Assembly: GCA_026015035.1 (NCBI GenBank)
Contig: JAOZHB010000061.1
Coordinates: 4,424 to 68,423, forward strand
Origin: Candidatus Bathyarchaeota archaeon
GTDB lineage: Archaea; Thermoproteota; Bathyarchaeia; RBG-16-48-13; GCA-020355125
Length of the DNA stretch: 64,000 nucleotides
Reading direction: 5' to 3'
Part shown: positions 9,826 to 19,907 of the stretch, piece after piece
How the letters are laid out: each line of letters starts with the position of its first letter
How positions within the stretch are numbered: the first letter of the stretch is position 1
Notes under the pieces: model-generated
The model's input: the letters and a program-made list of their open reading frames with translations, nothing else
Database searches by the model: none
What the model was told of the DNA's origin: nothing
Made by a program: the position numbers and the translations under genes

Positions 9826-9834
9826 AGCTAGCTA
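9826..9834. repeat. (AGCT)n tract AGCTAGCTA
   Basis: 9 nt in register, in the convergent spacer between the RPA stop (9769) and the 9862 gene stop. Confidence 0.85.
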
Positions 9835-9861
9835 ATACCGTGTACTCTCTGCGATTCGTAA

Positions 9862-11004
9862 TTATATAGGTAGTTTAGCTTTCTCGGAATTCACATTTTT
9901 TACCGCGAGTGCTGTCCGTCTGAGGCACTCCACTGCAGAGGAGTAGGTGGGAAAGCTTTGAAATCCGCACTCGGGTCCAGCATAGAGAACTCGGCTTTCA
10001 CCAAATCGTTCGACGATTTTCTTCAGGCGCATAGTCATGGTTTCAACGCTTTCCAGAAAGTCCATGGGGCTCCGTTGTTCTTTTCGGATAGCGGTCCACG
10101 TTTCGCCGACCTGCGTGTTGAGAGTGGCCTCATCCGTTCTCTCGGTTTTGTGGATGGCGTTTCTGATGAGTGTGTCGAACCTGGTGGCGGCGATGCTGGC
10201 TTTGAGAAATTTGTCCTCCTCCTCTAGAAGCATTCGTGTGCGTTTGGCAGTGTATAGAGCGTCGTCTACGTGGGATTCGACGACATCTAGAGATTTTATC
10301 TGCCAGTACAGTTGATTTGACGTATTGTGTAGGTGCATGCATGACTGAACGTCCTTCGACTTGGCTGTGTGACAGATCTGTTCCCACGCCCGCAGCAATT
10401 CGTCTCTTCCCTCGGAACCCTGATCGAGTAAGGGGTCATCTAAGAAGCCGAAGACCGGTTCGTCCACGGCAACAAGCACCACCCCCCCAAATCGGCTTTT
10501 AAAGAGGTTGCTCTCAAGGATCTGCGAAACCGCAGTACCCAGATGTGAAAAGAGCTGACTTCCTTTCCGAGCGAAGAGGCTGGAAAGGGTGTACGGCCCG
10601 GTGACACATAGTTTGATTTCTATGGGTACGCCAGCCTCCTCGCGGATCTCCCTCATTTTTTCTTTGAGAACGCTGACTTCAGGGATCAGAAGAGCGTCCC
10701 GGCGAATGACTGGACGGCCACTCACCACATACCCTTGCCCGGTTTTTTCGATGCCTGTGATGGCGTTCAAGAACATCTCGTTCATCCCCCGGAACTGGGG
10801 GTAATTCGGGATGTCTATGCCCACCCTAACCTTGTCAAGGAACCCCGCTTTCACGCTGCTCTCAAAGTACAGTTTATCACTGGCATATTTTACTGGATTG
10901 AGGGCTTCCATGAAGGGCGTTATCTTAGCTCCTCTTAGAAATGTATCCCAATCTCCGGTGAAAGGGAGACTTCCCACATCATAGGTTCGAATCATTACCA
11001 ACAC
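9862..11004 (-). CDS. MetE-like (cobalamin-independent methionine synthase C-terminal domain family) methyltransferase-fold protein
   Basis: 380 aa. Family landmarks in order: TYDVGSLP, VTGPYTL, VAVDEPVFG, CMHLH, VVESH, YAGPECGF (compare MetE HxC...E...PDCG). Confidence 0.55.
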   Translation of the reverse strand: MLVMIRTYDVGSLPFTGDWDTFLRGAKITPFMEALNPVKYASDKLYFESSVKAGFLDKVRVGIDIPNYPQFRGMNEMFLNAITGIEKTGQGYVVSGRPVIRRDALLIPEVSVLKEKMREIREEAGVPIEIKLCVTGPYTLSSLFARKGSQLFSHLGTAVSQILESNLFKSRFGGVVLVAVDEPVFGFLDDPLLDQGSEGRDELLRAWEQICHTAKSKDVQSCMHLHNTSNQLYWQIKSLDVVESHVDDALYTAKRTRMLLEEEDKFLKASIAATRFDTLIRNAIHKTERTDEATLNTQVGETWTAIRKEQRSPMDFLESVETMTMRLKKIVERFGESRVLYAGPECGFQSFPTYSSAVECLRRTALAVKNVNSEKAKLPI

Positions 11005-11228
11005 CCTGCACCAAAGCTGCTACAGAGTCCTCTGTTGTAGAGGTAGATGAGTCAAAAATAAAAATATGGTGGCTTCAAGGAGAACTCTCCTTTAAAGCCT
11101 TTAGCAGGACAGGGGGTGTCGCTTGACGCTTTCAGTCTTTGAGTAGCGTAGGCTGTCAACCTGGAATCCCAAGCGTCACTGAGGCTCCCGATTCCTTTGA
11201 GGGGAACCTCCTCTCTCAACACGTTTCG

Positions 11229-12176
11229 TTATGTGTGGCCGGCTCGTTTGAGTATGATCTCCCATTCCTTGTCGACGTGTTTCTGGATGCGTTCGATGAT
11301 CTCAGGTCGCTCCGGTCTGAATAGGTGTCTGAACCGTCCCTGCACCTTTAGATAATCGATGACGGGCTTCTTTCGCTCCGGTCGTTTGACGTAGAGCATG
11401 CTGGGTGCACTCACCTTGTACTCGCCATTTTCGCATTCCCAGAGGGGGAAGAAACAGGTTTGGACTGCCAGTCTAGCCAGCTCCACGCTCTCGTTTGACG
11501 GGGTTCTCCAGCCCCTTGGACAGGGGGCAATAGCGTGGATGAATGCAGGTCCGTCGACTGCTAATCCCTTCTTCACCTTTGTGATCAGATCCTGATAGTA
11601 AGCTGGGGAAACGGTGGCAACGTAGGGCGCGTTGTGCTCGACCATGATGCGGGCTATTGGTTTCTTCCACTCCTGCTTGCCCGGAATGGCTTTACCCACC
11701 TGCGACGTCGTGGTCCACGCGCCATGGGGGGTTCCTCCGCTTCGCTGGATTCCCGTATTCATGTAGGCCTCATTATCATAGAGCACATGGAGGTAGTCAT
11801 GTCCTCGTTCAAAGGCACCGCTGAGCGCTTGAAACCCTATGTCGAAGGTCCCGCCATCGCCTGTGAAGGCTATGACATGAGGTTTTTCCTTCAATTCCCC
11901 ACGCTTTTCGTACGCCTTCAACATGGCTGCTATCCCACTGGCGTTTGCTGCAGCGTTCTCGAAGGCCGTGTGGATCCACGGCGTCTTCCAAGCAGTGTAG
12001 GGATAAATGCTGGTCGCGACTTCCAAGCAACCCGTCGAGTTGGTGATGATGGGCTTTCCATCTACGGCCTTCAGAACCTGCCGTACGACGATCGGCGCTG
12101 CACACCCCGAGCACAGACTGTGTCCAGAAGCGAGTAGCTCCTCCTTTTTAGATAGTTCTTTCAAGTTAACTGCCAT
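11229..12176 (-). CDS. porB: 2-oxoacid (pyruvate-type):ferredoxin oxidoreductase beta subunit
   Basis: 315 aa with GHSLCSGCAAP and the TPP-binding motif TGDGGTFDIGFQALSGA. Confidence 0.9.
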   Translation of the reverse strand: MAVNLKELSKKEELLASGHSLCSGCAAPIVVRQVLKAVDGKPIITNSTGCLEVATSIYPYTAWKTPWIHTAFENAAANASGIAAMLKAYEKRGELKEKPHVIAFTGDGGTFDIGFQALSGAFERGHDYLHVLYDNEAYMNTGIQRSGGTPHGAWTTTSQVGKAIPGKQEWKKPIARIMVEHNAPYVATVSPAYYQDLITKVKKGLAVDGPAFIHAIAPCPRGWRTPSNESVELARLAVQTCFFPLWECENGEYKVSAPSMLYVKRPERKKPVIDYLKVQGRFRHLFRPERPEIIERIQKHVDKEWEIILKRAGHT

Positions 12177-12177
12177 T

Positions 12178-13398
12178 TTACCTCACCCCAACGAATTTGA
12201 ACGTTTGCTTAACTTGCCCCGTCTTTACAACGTGTTCAAGGTCGTCATAGACTTCCTTGATCAGGGTTGAATGCATGTCCCGTCCTCCTAACCCATAGAT
12301 GTAGCCCACTACGCACGGACGGTCATCGTACTCGTATAGGATGGATCGAACCTCGTTAAACAGAGGTCCACCGACTGCACCGTAGCCGCCGCTTCGATCG
12401 AGCACCCCAAGGGCCTTCACCCCTTTCACCGCATCGATTATTTCGGGAGCGGGGAAAGGTCGGAAGGACCTTATCTTCACGAGACCTGCACGCACGCCCT
12501 TCTCACGTAACTCGTTCACGACAGTTCTCGTCGTGCCGGCCGTTGATCCGAGGCAGATCAAGGCAATCTCAGCGTCTTCCATCCGGTGGGTCTGAATCAG
12601 TCCGTCGCCGACTTTTCTGCCAGTCAATCGCGCAAATTCGTCATTCATCTTCACGATGACGTCCTTCGCGTTCTTCATCGCTTCTTCTTGCTGTCTCTTA
12701 TGTTCAAAGTAATAGTCGAATAAGGCTAGGGGCCCCATGGTTAACGGATTCTCCACATCAAGCTTGTAGGGCACTACTTTACCCATGACGTTGATGAGGG
12801 GAAGCCTCCGTCGACCGACAAACTCTTTCACCACTTCATCGGGAAGCAAAGCCAAATCCTGAAGCGTGTGACTGACTACGAATCCATCCAAAAGCACCAT
12901 GCATGGCAACTGAACACTTGGGTCTTCGCCGATTCTGAAAGCCTGAATCATGTTGTCGTATACTTCCTGAGGATTCTCCGAAAAAAGCTGTATCCATGAC
13001 GAATCACGCTCACCCATGCTGTCACTGTGATCCACATGAATGTTGATCGGACCGCTCAACGCCCGGTTACAGACGGCCATCACTATCGGCAGTCGATGGC
13101 TTGCAGCTACATAATTCACCTCATGCATTAAGGCCAGTCCCGCTGATGCGGTGGCCGTAAAGATTCGTCCGCCAGCAGCGGCTCCTCCGATGCACGCCGA
13201 CATGGCACTGTGTTCACTCTCCACGGTCACGAATTCGGTGTCCACCTCGCCGTTCGCTACGTACTCCGAAAACTTCTCCACTATAATGGTTTGAGGTGTG
13301 ATGGGGTATGCCGCGACTAGGTCCACGTTACACTGTTTAAGCGCGTACGCCACAGCTTCGTCTCCATTCAGTCCATCAATCTTCTGTTTTACACTCAT
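12178..13398 (-). CDS. porA: 2-oxoacid (pyruvate-type):ferredoxin oxidoreductase alpha subunit
   Basis: 406 aa with the N-terminus GDEAVAYALKQCNVDLVAAYPITPQT typical of POR/VOR alpha. It lies 1 nt from porB. Confidence 0.9.
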   Translation of the reverse strand: MSVKQKIDGLNGDEAVAYALKQCNVDLVAAYPITPQTIIVEKFSEYVANGEVDTEFVTVESEHSAMSACIGGAAAGGRIFTATASAGLALMHEVNYVAASHRLPIVMAVCNRALSGPINIHVDHSDSMGERDSSWIQLFSENPQEVYDNMIQAFRIGEDPSVQLPCMVLLDGFVVSHTLQDLALLPDEVVKEFVGRRRLPLINVMGKVVPYKLDVENPLTMGPLALFDYYFEHKRQQEEAMKNAKDVIVKMNDEFARLTGRKVGDGLIQTHRMEDAEIALICLGSTAGTTRTVVNELREKGVRAGLVKIRSFRPFPAPEIIDAVKGVKALGVLDRSGGYGAVGGPLFNEVRSILYEYDDRPCVVGYIYGLGGRDMHSTLIKEVYDDLEHVVKTGQVKQTFKFVGVR

Positions 13399-13405
13399 TT
13401 CTCTT

Positions 13406-13687
13406 TCACTCCTTCATCATCGCTATTGCGTCGAATGGGCACTCCTTCTCACAGATGCCGCAGCCTTTGCAGTAGTCATACTTTATGGATATTTTCTCGC
13501 CGTCCCAGAGGATGGCGGCGTCGGGACAGAAGATCCAGCAGAAAAGGCATTCTTTACACTTCTCGTTGTCAACAACCGGCTTCACCTCACCTCGCCAATC
13601 ACCTGTTTTCAATTCTTCGGAGGGCTTCCAACTCACCCCACCCATGGGGATGTCCTTCCAACCCGGCTTTGCATTCGGACTACTCAT
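13406..13687 (-). CDS. porD: 2-oxoacid:ferredoxin oxidoreductase delta subunit (2x[4Fe-4S] ferredoxin)
   Basis: 93 aa with two CxxCxxCxxxCP motifs: CKECLFCWIFCP and CKGCGICEKECP. Confidence 0.9.
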   Translation of the reverse strand: MSSPNAKPGWKDIPMGGVSWKPSEELKTGDWRGEVKPVVDNEKCKECLFCWIFCPDAAILWDGEKISIKYDYCKGCGICEKECPFDAIAMMKE

Positions 13688-14235
13688 CCCTTTGTCACCT
13701 CATCGTAGGCTCTTTTGATTAAACTCGCGTTAACCTCTCCCACCTTCCCCGTAAACCGATTCTTCACCGCCGTTATAAGGCTTTCAAGTTTCACTATCCC
13801 TGTGGCTTTAACGGTGGCACCGAGCATCGCGGTGTTCGGGATGTTCCTTCCAATCAACTCAACGGAAAGGTCTGTTGCGGGGATCGTCCAAATATCTCGG
13901 CCAACGATGTTGTTGTCCGTCCGTACCTGGCTTGGAGTCCCTCGCTCGTTAACAACTAAGACGCCTTCCTCTGGCAGTCCGTCCAATACGTTAACCGCTT
14001 TCACCAGCGTTGGATCTAAGACAACGACGATTTCTGGCTCGTATATACTGGAATGGACATCGATGGGCTCATCGCTTATCCGTGTATATGCTCTCACAGG
14101 TGCTCCCATTCGTTCAGGTGTGAATTCCGGGAAGGATTGAACGTGTTTTCCTTCAAGAAGAGCGGAACGAGCCAGCAAAATGCTCGCTGTCCACGCTCCC
14201 TGACCACCTCTTCCATGAAATCTTATTTCAATCAT
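13684..14235 (-). CDS. porG: 2-oxoacid:ferredoxin oxidoreductase gamma subunit
   Basis: 183 aa with MIEIRFHGRGGQGAWTAS (gamma-subunit signature). It overlaps porD by 4 nt. Confidence 0.9.
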   Translation of the reverse strand: MIEIRFHGRGGQGAWTASILLARSALLEGKHVQSFPEFTPERMGAPVRAYTRISDEPIDVHSSIYEPEIVVVLDPTLVKAVNVLDGLPEEGVLVVNERGTPSQVRTDNNIVGRDIWTIPATDLSVELIGRNIPNTAMLGATVKATGIVKLESLITAVKNRFTGKVGEVNASLIKRAYDEVTKG

Positions 14236-14600
14236 ACGTAATTCATCTCCAAGCGAAGACTTGGGTATTCTAGTTTACGTCTTATTATAAACCTTTTCGA
14301 TTCTGTCTCGCCGAAAACGATTGGTCGCTGTCGCAATCACCTCTGAAGTCGACCACATTACGAGGTTTATGCTACTTGATAATAGGTTTTAGAGTTTCCG
14401 CGTTTTGAAAACCATTCTCATGCACAACGTAAATGGGTTAAACATACTCACGTGTGAGAATGCAGTTCCCCTCGGGATAAGACCTGCCGATATAACTAAG
14501 AATGACCTTATTCCTTACCCGGAGTCTAGCGCGCGCGGCGTCGCAGGTTTTGGGCATGCCCACGGTAGGATGCCGAGACTTCGCGTGTGTGTTTTCAGGG

Positions 14601-16145
14601 TTAATTGGATTCGACCCATTGAAACTTGCGTTGAAGAGTTTTACTATAACAGAGCCTCCAGTCGTACTTCACCTTTTTTGACCACGCGTAGTAGACCCTT
14701 GGATCGATGTAGCTTTTGAGGGACGTGTTTAAGTTGTATTCCTTGGTCGTCTTCTTCAAGTCTATTCTGGTTGTTAGCTTCTTTATTCGCTCCTCGGCTT
14801 TCTCCAATCGCTTAATCTTGGTCTCCTTCTTGCGTGTCTTCTTCGCCCGAATCTCTCGTTTCTTCGCCTTGAGGGCTTTCAGGCGGGTCTCCATTTTTAT
14901 GAGGGAGTTCTGCCAGTTCTTTGGGGTTTTCTTCTTATGGTTACACGTCTTCGCCGCCTCTAAATTAGCCTTTTTCGCTACGTACTTCTTCGCGAAGTCT
15001 GGGTCGTCTGGAGAAAGCTTGGACGCCTTCAAAGATTCATCGACTACTTTTGTGGCATGATAGGTCCTGAAAACCTTCGCAGTCAATCCCGGCATGGCCT
15101 CGTCGAGGAAGCTGCTTACGTTGTCGGATCGTACGCCTTTAAAGATGGAGGACTCCACGGCTTCGGAGAACATCCTTATGTTTTGGACTACGGGTTCTGG
15201 AAGTCGGGTTTCAAGGTGCCAGTGAACGGCGTCCTTGCCGAGGAAGTCTAACGTCGTCACGCCCTTCGCGTCAATAACGATGTGTTCCGGCTTCAAAGTG
15301 GTGGCCCCAACGGTGTCCGCTTCATCGGTATCCTTTTCATCGCCGACACGAAGCTTTAAAGCATCTATCAAGTAGCAGACTGTGGCTATTTTCCTTCTGA
15401 TGGGGTCTGGAGAACTGAGGTTTCGCGCGATATGCCTTCGTACCGTTCTAACTCGTCTTTTCAGCTTCTGTGCGCGATCGAATTTCTCGATTTCCCGTTT
15501 CTGCTTTACGCTGAAGGAATCTGAGAGCCAAACGTACTTCGTCTTTCCCTGGAGATGGTCCTTCCATTTGGCGATCCACATGGAGTCGGGTTGCCAATCA
15601 TGTCCCTTCCAGCCGCCTTCGGGCAGGGGCGCGTCTGGTGAAAGATTCAGGATCACGTCTTTACTTTGGGGGCCTTGCTTCCATTTACCGCGTAGAGGGT
15701 GTCTCCCACGCCCCATGAATATGGAGGAGGGCTCTGCTGTGTAATTTGATACTTCAATCCTTTCACCGTCCACAGTCGCATACCCATAGATCTCCTTAAG
15801 GGCTTCCCGCTTCTCCTTTCGAAGCCTCGCCTGCGTCTTCCGTTCTTCTTTAGTCAGAGCTTCTTTACGCCTTTTTTCGGATTCACAGTATTCTTGGATC
15901 TCTGAAAAATCGAAGTCCTTGGGAGAATTATTTTCTTTGATGTTTAGAGATTGGCTGAAGTCTTTGAAAAAGTTCTTGACGAACGTCGAGTCTTCTACGT
16001 ATTCGGTGCCAAGCTTTTTCACCCACGCCAGAGCCATCTCTTCTTGCTTCGGCGTCAACTTGATTGTCCGCGTCTTGAAGGCTATTTGGAATCCTCTTAC
16101 CTCGTACTTCGGTATCAGGATGCCCTTGTGGGTTAATTGCTTCAC
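14601..16145 (-). CDS. Eukaryote-type DNA topoisomerase IB
   Basis: 514 aa. ALKLRVGDEKDTDEADTVGATTL matches the eukaryotic Topo I ALRAGNEKEE..ADTVGCCSL block. The C-terminal SLKSYIDPRV carries the catalytic Tyr context (S-K-x-x-Y-x-DPR). Confidence 0.9.
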   Translation of the reverse strand: MKQLTHKGILIPKYEVRGFQIAFKTRTIKLTPKQEEMALAWVKKLGTEYVEDSTFVKNFFKDFSQSLNIKENNSPKDFDFSEIQEYCESEKRRKEALTKEERKTQARLRKEKREALKEIYGYATVDGERIEVSNYTAEPSSIFMGRGRHPLRGKWKQGPQSKDVILNLSPDAPLPEGGWKGHDWQPDSMWIAKWKDHLQGKTKYVWLSDSFSVKQKREIEKFDRAQKLKRRVRTVRRHIARNLSSPDPIRRKIATVCYLIDALKLRVGDEKDTDEADTVGATTLKPEHIVIDAKGVTTLDFLGKDAVHWHLETRLPEPVVQNIRMFSEAVESSIFKGVRSDNVSSFLDEAMPGLTAKVFRTYHATKVVDESLKASKLSPDDPDFAKKYVAKKANLEAAKTCNHKKKTPKNWQNSLIKMETRLKALKAKKREIRAKKTRKKETKIKRLEKAEERIKKLTTRIDLKKTTKEYNLNTSLKSYIDPRVYYAWSKKVKYDWRLCYSKTLQRKFQWVESN

Positions 16146-16254
16146 GAAGCGTTTCCCTCAATTCGTCGATGACCATGTGTTTTTTAAGGTAAAATGTGGG
16201 ATGGCCCCTTATTCGATTTGTATACGAAGGTTAACTTCTCAAATAAAAACGTGT

Positions 16255-17370
16255 TCACTTTAAAAATGCTGTAAGGTTTTTCTGATGAGTCTCTTCAACT
16301 AACTTAGAGACCTTCACGCCTATTCTTCGAATCTTTACCTCATCTTTTTGAAGTAGATCTTCCAGAAGTCGTTGGGAACGTGTTTTCATGACGTTGATGG
16401 CGTTTGTTGGGGCTTCCAAAGTTGTTGACTTCGTGCGGAGTTTAAGATTCGCCATCACCGCAATCACACTAATACTCTTGAAGCAGAGATCCTTCTGTAA
16501 GACTGAGGTGTGCACGTCCTCGCAGAGACGATGTACCTCCACTAGAATCGTCGTTAAGTCCTTAGTGTCTTCCCTGAGGGTCGTTATTCTACTAACTTGC
16601 TTTACACGCTTTCCTTCTCGGACGGGTGTTTCATCTACACCCTTCGATGCTTTGTAGAAGTATGTTCCGCTGGCTTTCCCGAAGAAACTTCTTAACTCTT
16701 CGACTTGGTATTTCGCCAAGTCTCCCACGGTCTTAATCCCCTTCTCAAGCATTCTTTTCTCAGTTTTTTTCCCCACACCGGGGAGCGTACCGACTGGCAG
16801 AGGGGACAGGAAGTCTTTAACCTCCTTCGGCTTTACAACCACTAAGCCATCTGGCTTTCTCTGACCTGCAGCAATTTTCGCCACCAGCTTATTCGGTCCC
16901 ACGCCTACGGAGCAAGTGAGACCTTCCTTAACCCGAATGACCTCGCGCATTTCTTTAGCCAGCGCTTCACCCTGGCTGAAGTCTCCATTCACCCGTTGAG
17001 TTACGTCGAGGAAGGCTTCATCAATACTCACTTGCTCAAATTTATCAGCATATCCCTGGAGGATACGCATGACGTTGTCGGAGACTTGTTGATAGAATTT
17101 TTTTCGAATAGGGATGAAAAAGGCTTCTTCGTTCTTCAGTCGTTTCTTCGCCCACGTAATGGGCATCCCTGCTTTCACGTCATATTTCCTCGCGACGTAG
17201 TTCGCGGTACTCACCACCCCGCTGTCTCCACCGCGGGCGGAATAGACGCAGACGACCACTGGTTTACTGCGAAGGGAAGGATCTTCCCTCTCCTCGCATT
17301 GGGCGAAGAAGTAGTCCAAGTCAAGATGGAGGATTACCCTTTTTCCTTTCAACGCCCTTCGCAAACCCAT
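16255..17370 (-). CDS. dpo4: Y-family DNA polymerase IV (Dbh/Dpo4/DinB)
   Basis: 371 aa with ILHLDLDYFFAQCEERE, SIDEAFLDV and an HhH-like LPGVGKKTEKRM. Confidence 0.9.
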   Translation of the reverse strand: MGLRRALKGKRVILHLDLDYFFAQCEEREDPSLRSKPVVVCVYSARGGDSGVVSTANYVARKYDVKAGMPITWAKKRLKNEEAFFIPIRKKFYQQVSDNVMRILQGYADKFEQVSIDEAFLDVTQRVNGDFSQGEALAKEMREVIRVKEGLTCSVGVGPNKLVAKIAAGQRKPDGLVVVKPKEVKDFLSPLPVGTLPGVGKKTEKRMLEKGIKTVGDLAKYQVEELRSFFGKASGTYFYKASKGVDETPVREGKRVKQVSRITTLREDTKDLTTILVEVHRLCEDVHTSVLQKDLCFKSISVIAVMANLKLRTKSTTLEAPTNAINVMKTRSQRLLEDLLQKDEVKIRRIGVKVSKLVEETHQKNLTAFLK

Positions 17371-17534
17371 ACAACCCTAGGGGGATATTTCCTTTTTGGT
17401 GAGTGAAAGTCTTTATTTCAGTGTTCTCCACCCGACAGAAATAAAAAAATCTTTACGAAAAGACTTAACTATCCTCAAAACATTTCTCTAAAGAATGTGA
17501 GTACCCGAGCATTAAACAGAGAACTGTGTAGAAG

Positions 17535-19058
17535 TTGAGGACGTCACGAATCAAGAAAGCCCTGCCATACATGGTTACCCTGAGTATTTTACAATTGATA
17601 GTCTCAACGGCATTCTACATGATCGCTGCGCAGGTTTTAGCCAAACCGGATCTCGGCCTCGTCTCCACCCTCACATTTCTGAACATGATCTTCACCACCA
17701 TAGCGCCTTTAGCCCTACCGATCGCCGGAACCAAATATATTTCCGAATTCATCGGCAAGAATGAACGAGTAGTGGCGGCGAACGTAGCTAAAACGGTGAT
17801 CCGACTTGTTTCAATCCTCTCGTTTACCTTCCTAATCGGCTTCAGTGGACTTTCATATGTGCTGGTATCGGTCTTCCAATGGCCTCAAGAAGCTCTGCTC
17901 TACGTTATAATAACCTTCATCGCATCCTTTCTTGCCGCCCTCCGTCTCAGCTATATGGGTTTAATGCAGGGCTTACAACTCTTCGATAGATACGCAGTTA
18001 CCAACGTGTTTGCGTTGATTCTCTCCCGTTTAACTGGATTGATCTTAATTCTGTTAAATTTTGGTTTAACGGGCTTCGCTATCGGAATGCTGTTCGGAGA
18101 AGCCTTAGGGTTAGTTCTCTCCATCTTCAATTTTCACGGATCCCTGCCGAAAGCGGAGAAACCCTATGAATCCAAGGCCTTACTCACCTTCAGTCTTCCC
18201 CTGTTAGTCATGAATGTCGTCACCGCGTTTTCTGACTGGATTGACCGAGCCCTCTTTCTGGCCATATCTCATGACTTGGAGGCCTTAGGCGTATACGAAT
18301 TAGTGATCCGGGGCGCAAGTTCCCTCGGAGTAATATGGGCCATCATAGACGTGATCATTCTCCCCGTGTTCTCAGAAACCTATGGCAATAAGGGGAAGGA
18401 CGAGTTGATACGACCGTTAAAACGCGCCCTCCGCTACTTGGTTTTCATGTATTTTCCCGCAGCCCTAGGCCTAGCCACCATTTCCCGGACGGTGATGGCC
18501 TTACTCTTCGGCGGAGAATACGTGGTAGGCAGCATACCCCTCGCAATCCTATCGATTTTTTCAATAGTCAGGGCCTTCACCATAATCATGGGATCGACCT
18601 TGAAGTCCATTGGAGAAACGAAAGTCTTTGTGAAAGCCTCAGTGATTTCCTTAATCGCCGACGGCGTCGTCGTGGTGCTCTGCACCCCCTTCTTCAACCT
18701 GTATGGAGCGGTGGCCGGACGAGTGTGCGCCACCCTCGTGGTCTTCATCTACGTCTTTTACGAGTTAAAGCGGAATATCAAAATCGAACTCGATTTACAA
18801 AGCTTGTGGAAGGGCGCTCTGGCCTCCGTAACCCTCATCGTACCCCTCCGCCTCTTTGAAAGGCTGGTTTCTGCCAACTTTATCGACAGCCCCGTCATCA
18901 CCGTCGGCATTGAAATCCTCTTAGGCCTCGTGTGCTACGTTTCCGCGCTGTTTTTGTTGAAGGCGCTCAATAAAGACGACTTCCGATTATTGAAACAGTT
19001 AATGCCCAGATCCCTTACAAAAATCATAACGGCCTTTGAACGACTACTCATCCGCTAG
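17535..19058 (+). CDS. MOP-superfamily polysaccharide/oligosaccharide flippase (Wzx/RfbX-like)
   Basis: 507 aa with a TTG start. Hydrophobic throughout, with many predicted TM helices and a length and pattern typical of Wzx-type transporters. Confidence 0.8.
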   Translation: MRTSRIKKALPYMVTLSILQLIVSTAFYMIAAQVLAKPDLGLVSTLTFLNMIFTTIAPLALPIAGTKYISEFIGKNERVVAANVAKTVIRLVSILSFTFLIGFSGLSYVLVSVFQWPQEALLYVIITFIASFLAALRLSYMGLMQGLQLFDRYAVTNVFALILSRLTGLILILLNFGLTGFAIGMLFGEALGLVLSIFNFHGSLPKAEKPYESKALLTFSLPLLVMNVVTAFSDWIDRALFLAISHDLEALGVYELVIRGASSLGVIWAIIDVIILPVFSETYGNKGKDELIRPLKRALRYLVFMYFPAALGLATISRTVMALLFGGEYVVGSIPLAILSIFSIVRAFTIIMGSTLKSIGETKVFVKASVISLIADGVVVVLCTPFFNLYGAVAGRVCATLVVFIYVFYELKRNIKIELDLQSLWKGALASVTLIVPLRLFERLVSANFIDSPVITVGIEILLGLVCYVSALFLLKALNKDDFRLLKQLMPRSLTKIITAFERLLIR

Positions 19059-19120
19059 GGCATAAGTGCACTGGTCTCTGTCTGTGAAGAGTGTACTCGA
19101 TTAGCGGGTTGAAAGGGGAA

Positions 19121-19132
19121 AGCTAGCTAGCT
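19121..19132. repeat. (AGCT)3 perfect 12-mer AGCTAGCTAGCT
   Basis: Lies 63 nt past the flippase stop. Flanks GAAAGCTAGCTAGCTCC resemble the sites at 19616 and 25177. Confidence 0.95.
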
Positions 19133-19252
19133 CCTCTAGACGACGAGGACGTAATTCTTTAATAATGAACTCTGCCTTTTACCTGAAACAAAGGGATGCA
19201 TCCACATAAGGGAAAAGTGTAGAAAGATCTTCTTTGTTGAGGGGAATGGGAA

Positions 19253-19426
19253 ATGGCGAGACTTAACCAAGTAAACTCCGTTGATTTAGACTTGGACTGG
19301 ACCTGTCCATGCGGTGAAGAAAACGATTTTACTCGCATCATCACGACTGATGACTTCATCGAATGCTTAGAATGTGGACGGCGATTCCACGTGAAAGTAA
19401 CAGTCACCGTTGAAGATGTTGAGTGA
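19253..19426 (+). CDS. Small zinc-ribbon protein (57 aa)
   Basis: Below the ORF-track cutoff. My translation is MARLNQVNSVDLDLDWTCPCGEENDFTRIITTDDFIECLECGRRFHVKVTVTVEDVE, with CxC...CxxC and GAGGGG about 10 nt upstream. It is more protein-like than the antisense 94-aa ORF 19159..19443. Confidence 0.45.
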   Translation: MARLNQVNSVDLDLDWTCPCGEENDFTRIITTDDFIECLECGRRFHVKVTVTVEDVE

Positions 19427-19527
19427 TTTCGAACGATAGTCATGTTGTAAAGGCTTGACTGCCTGCTCGAGTAATACGTTTTTAATGTCTATGGTCTTGT
19501 CTTGTTAAAATATTTTTAAATGAGATA

Positions 19528-19535
19528 CTAGCTAG
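19528..19535. repeat. CTAGCTAG tract
   Basis: 8 nt in register, in non-coding sequence between the two 12-mers. Confidence 0.7.
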
Positions 19536-19615
19536 GTTTCCACCAGGTCTTTTACCCGAACTGTATGTGGAGTAATGTGTAATCTTGACTGAATATGCGA
19601 ATGGTCAACTGCAGA

Positions 19616-19627
19616 AGCTAGCTAGCT
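19616..19627. repeat. (AGCT)3 perfect 12-mer AGCTAGCTAGCT
   Basis: Context is GAAGCTAGCTAGCTCC, between the two zinc-ribbon micro-genes. Confidence 0.95.
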
Positions 19628-19907
19628 CCTGAAGAGAGATAGAACGCTTTCAATCATCGATCAACATTCACTGAGACATCGTCGCATGAATAAGCAGGGC
19701 TAATCATAACGATAATTGGGCTCCCTTGACATGAAGGTGTGCTCAGCTTCGTCGCTTGATCCCGAACGGATTCTCCACTGCTAGCTGGCTTTTTCAGCAA
19801 AGAGGTGGCTGGAAAGGAAGTTGTAACGAAGAAAACAATGTGAGAAAGTTTAACAGTGTCTTCTGGGGGTAGTAGAAACGATATCGTCAGGATGAGGGGG
19901 AAGATCA

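Noticed and set aside
19159-19443. 94-aa minus-strand ORF
   Set aside because: The opposite strand encodes a 57-aa zinc ribbon with an RBS. The minus-strand product is Ser/Thr/His-rich and not protein-like.
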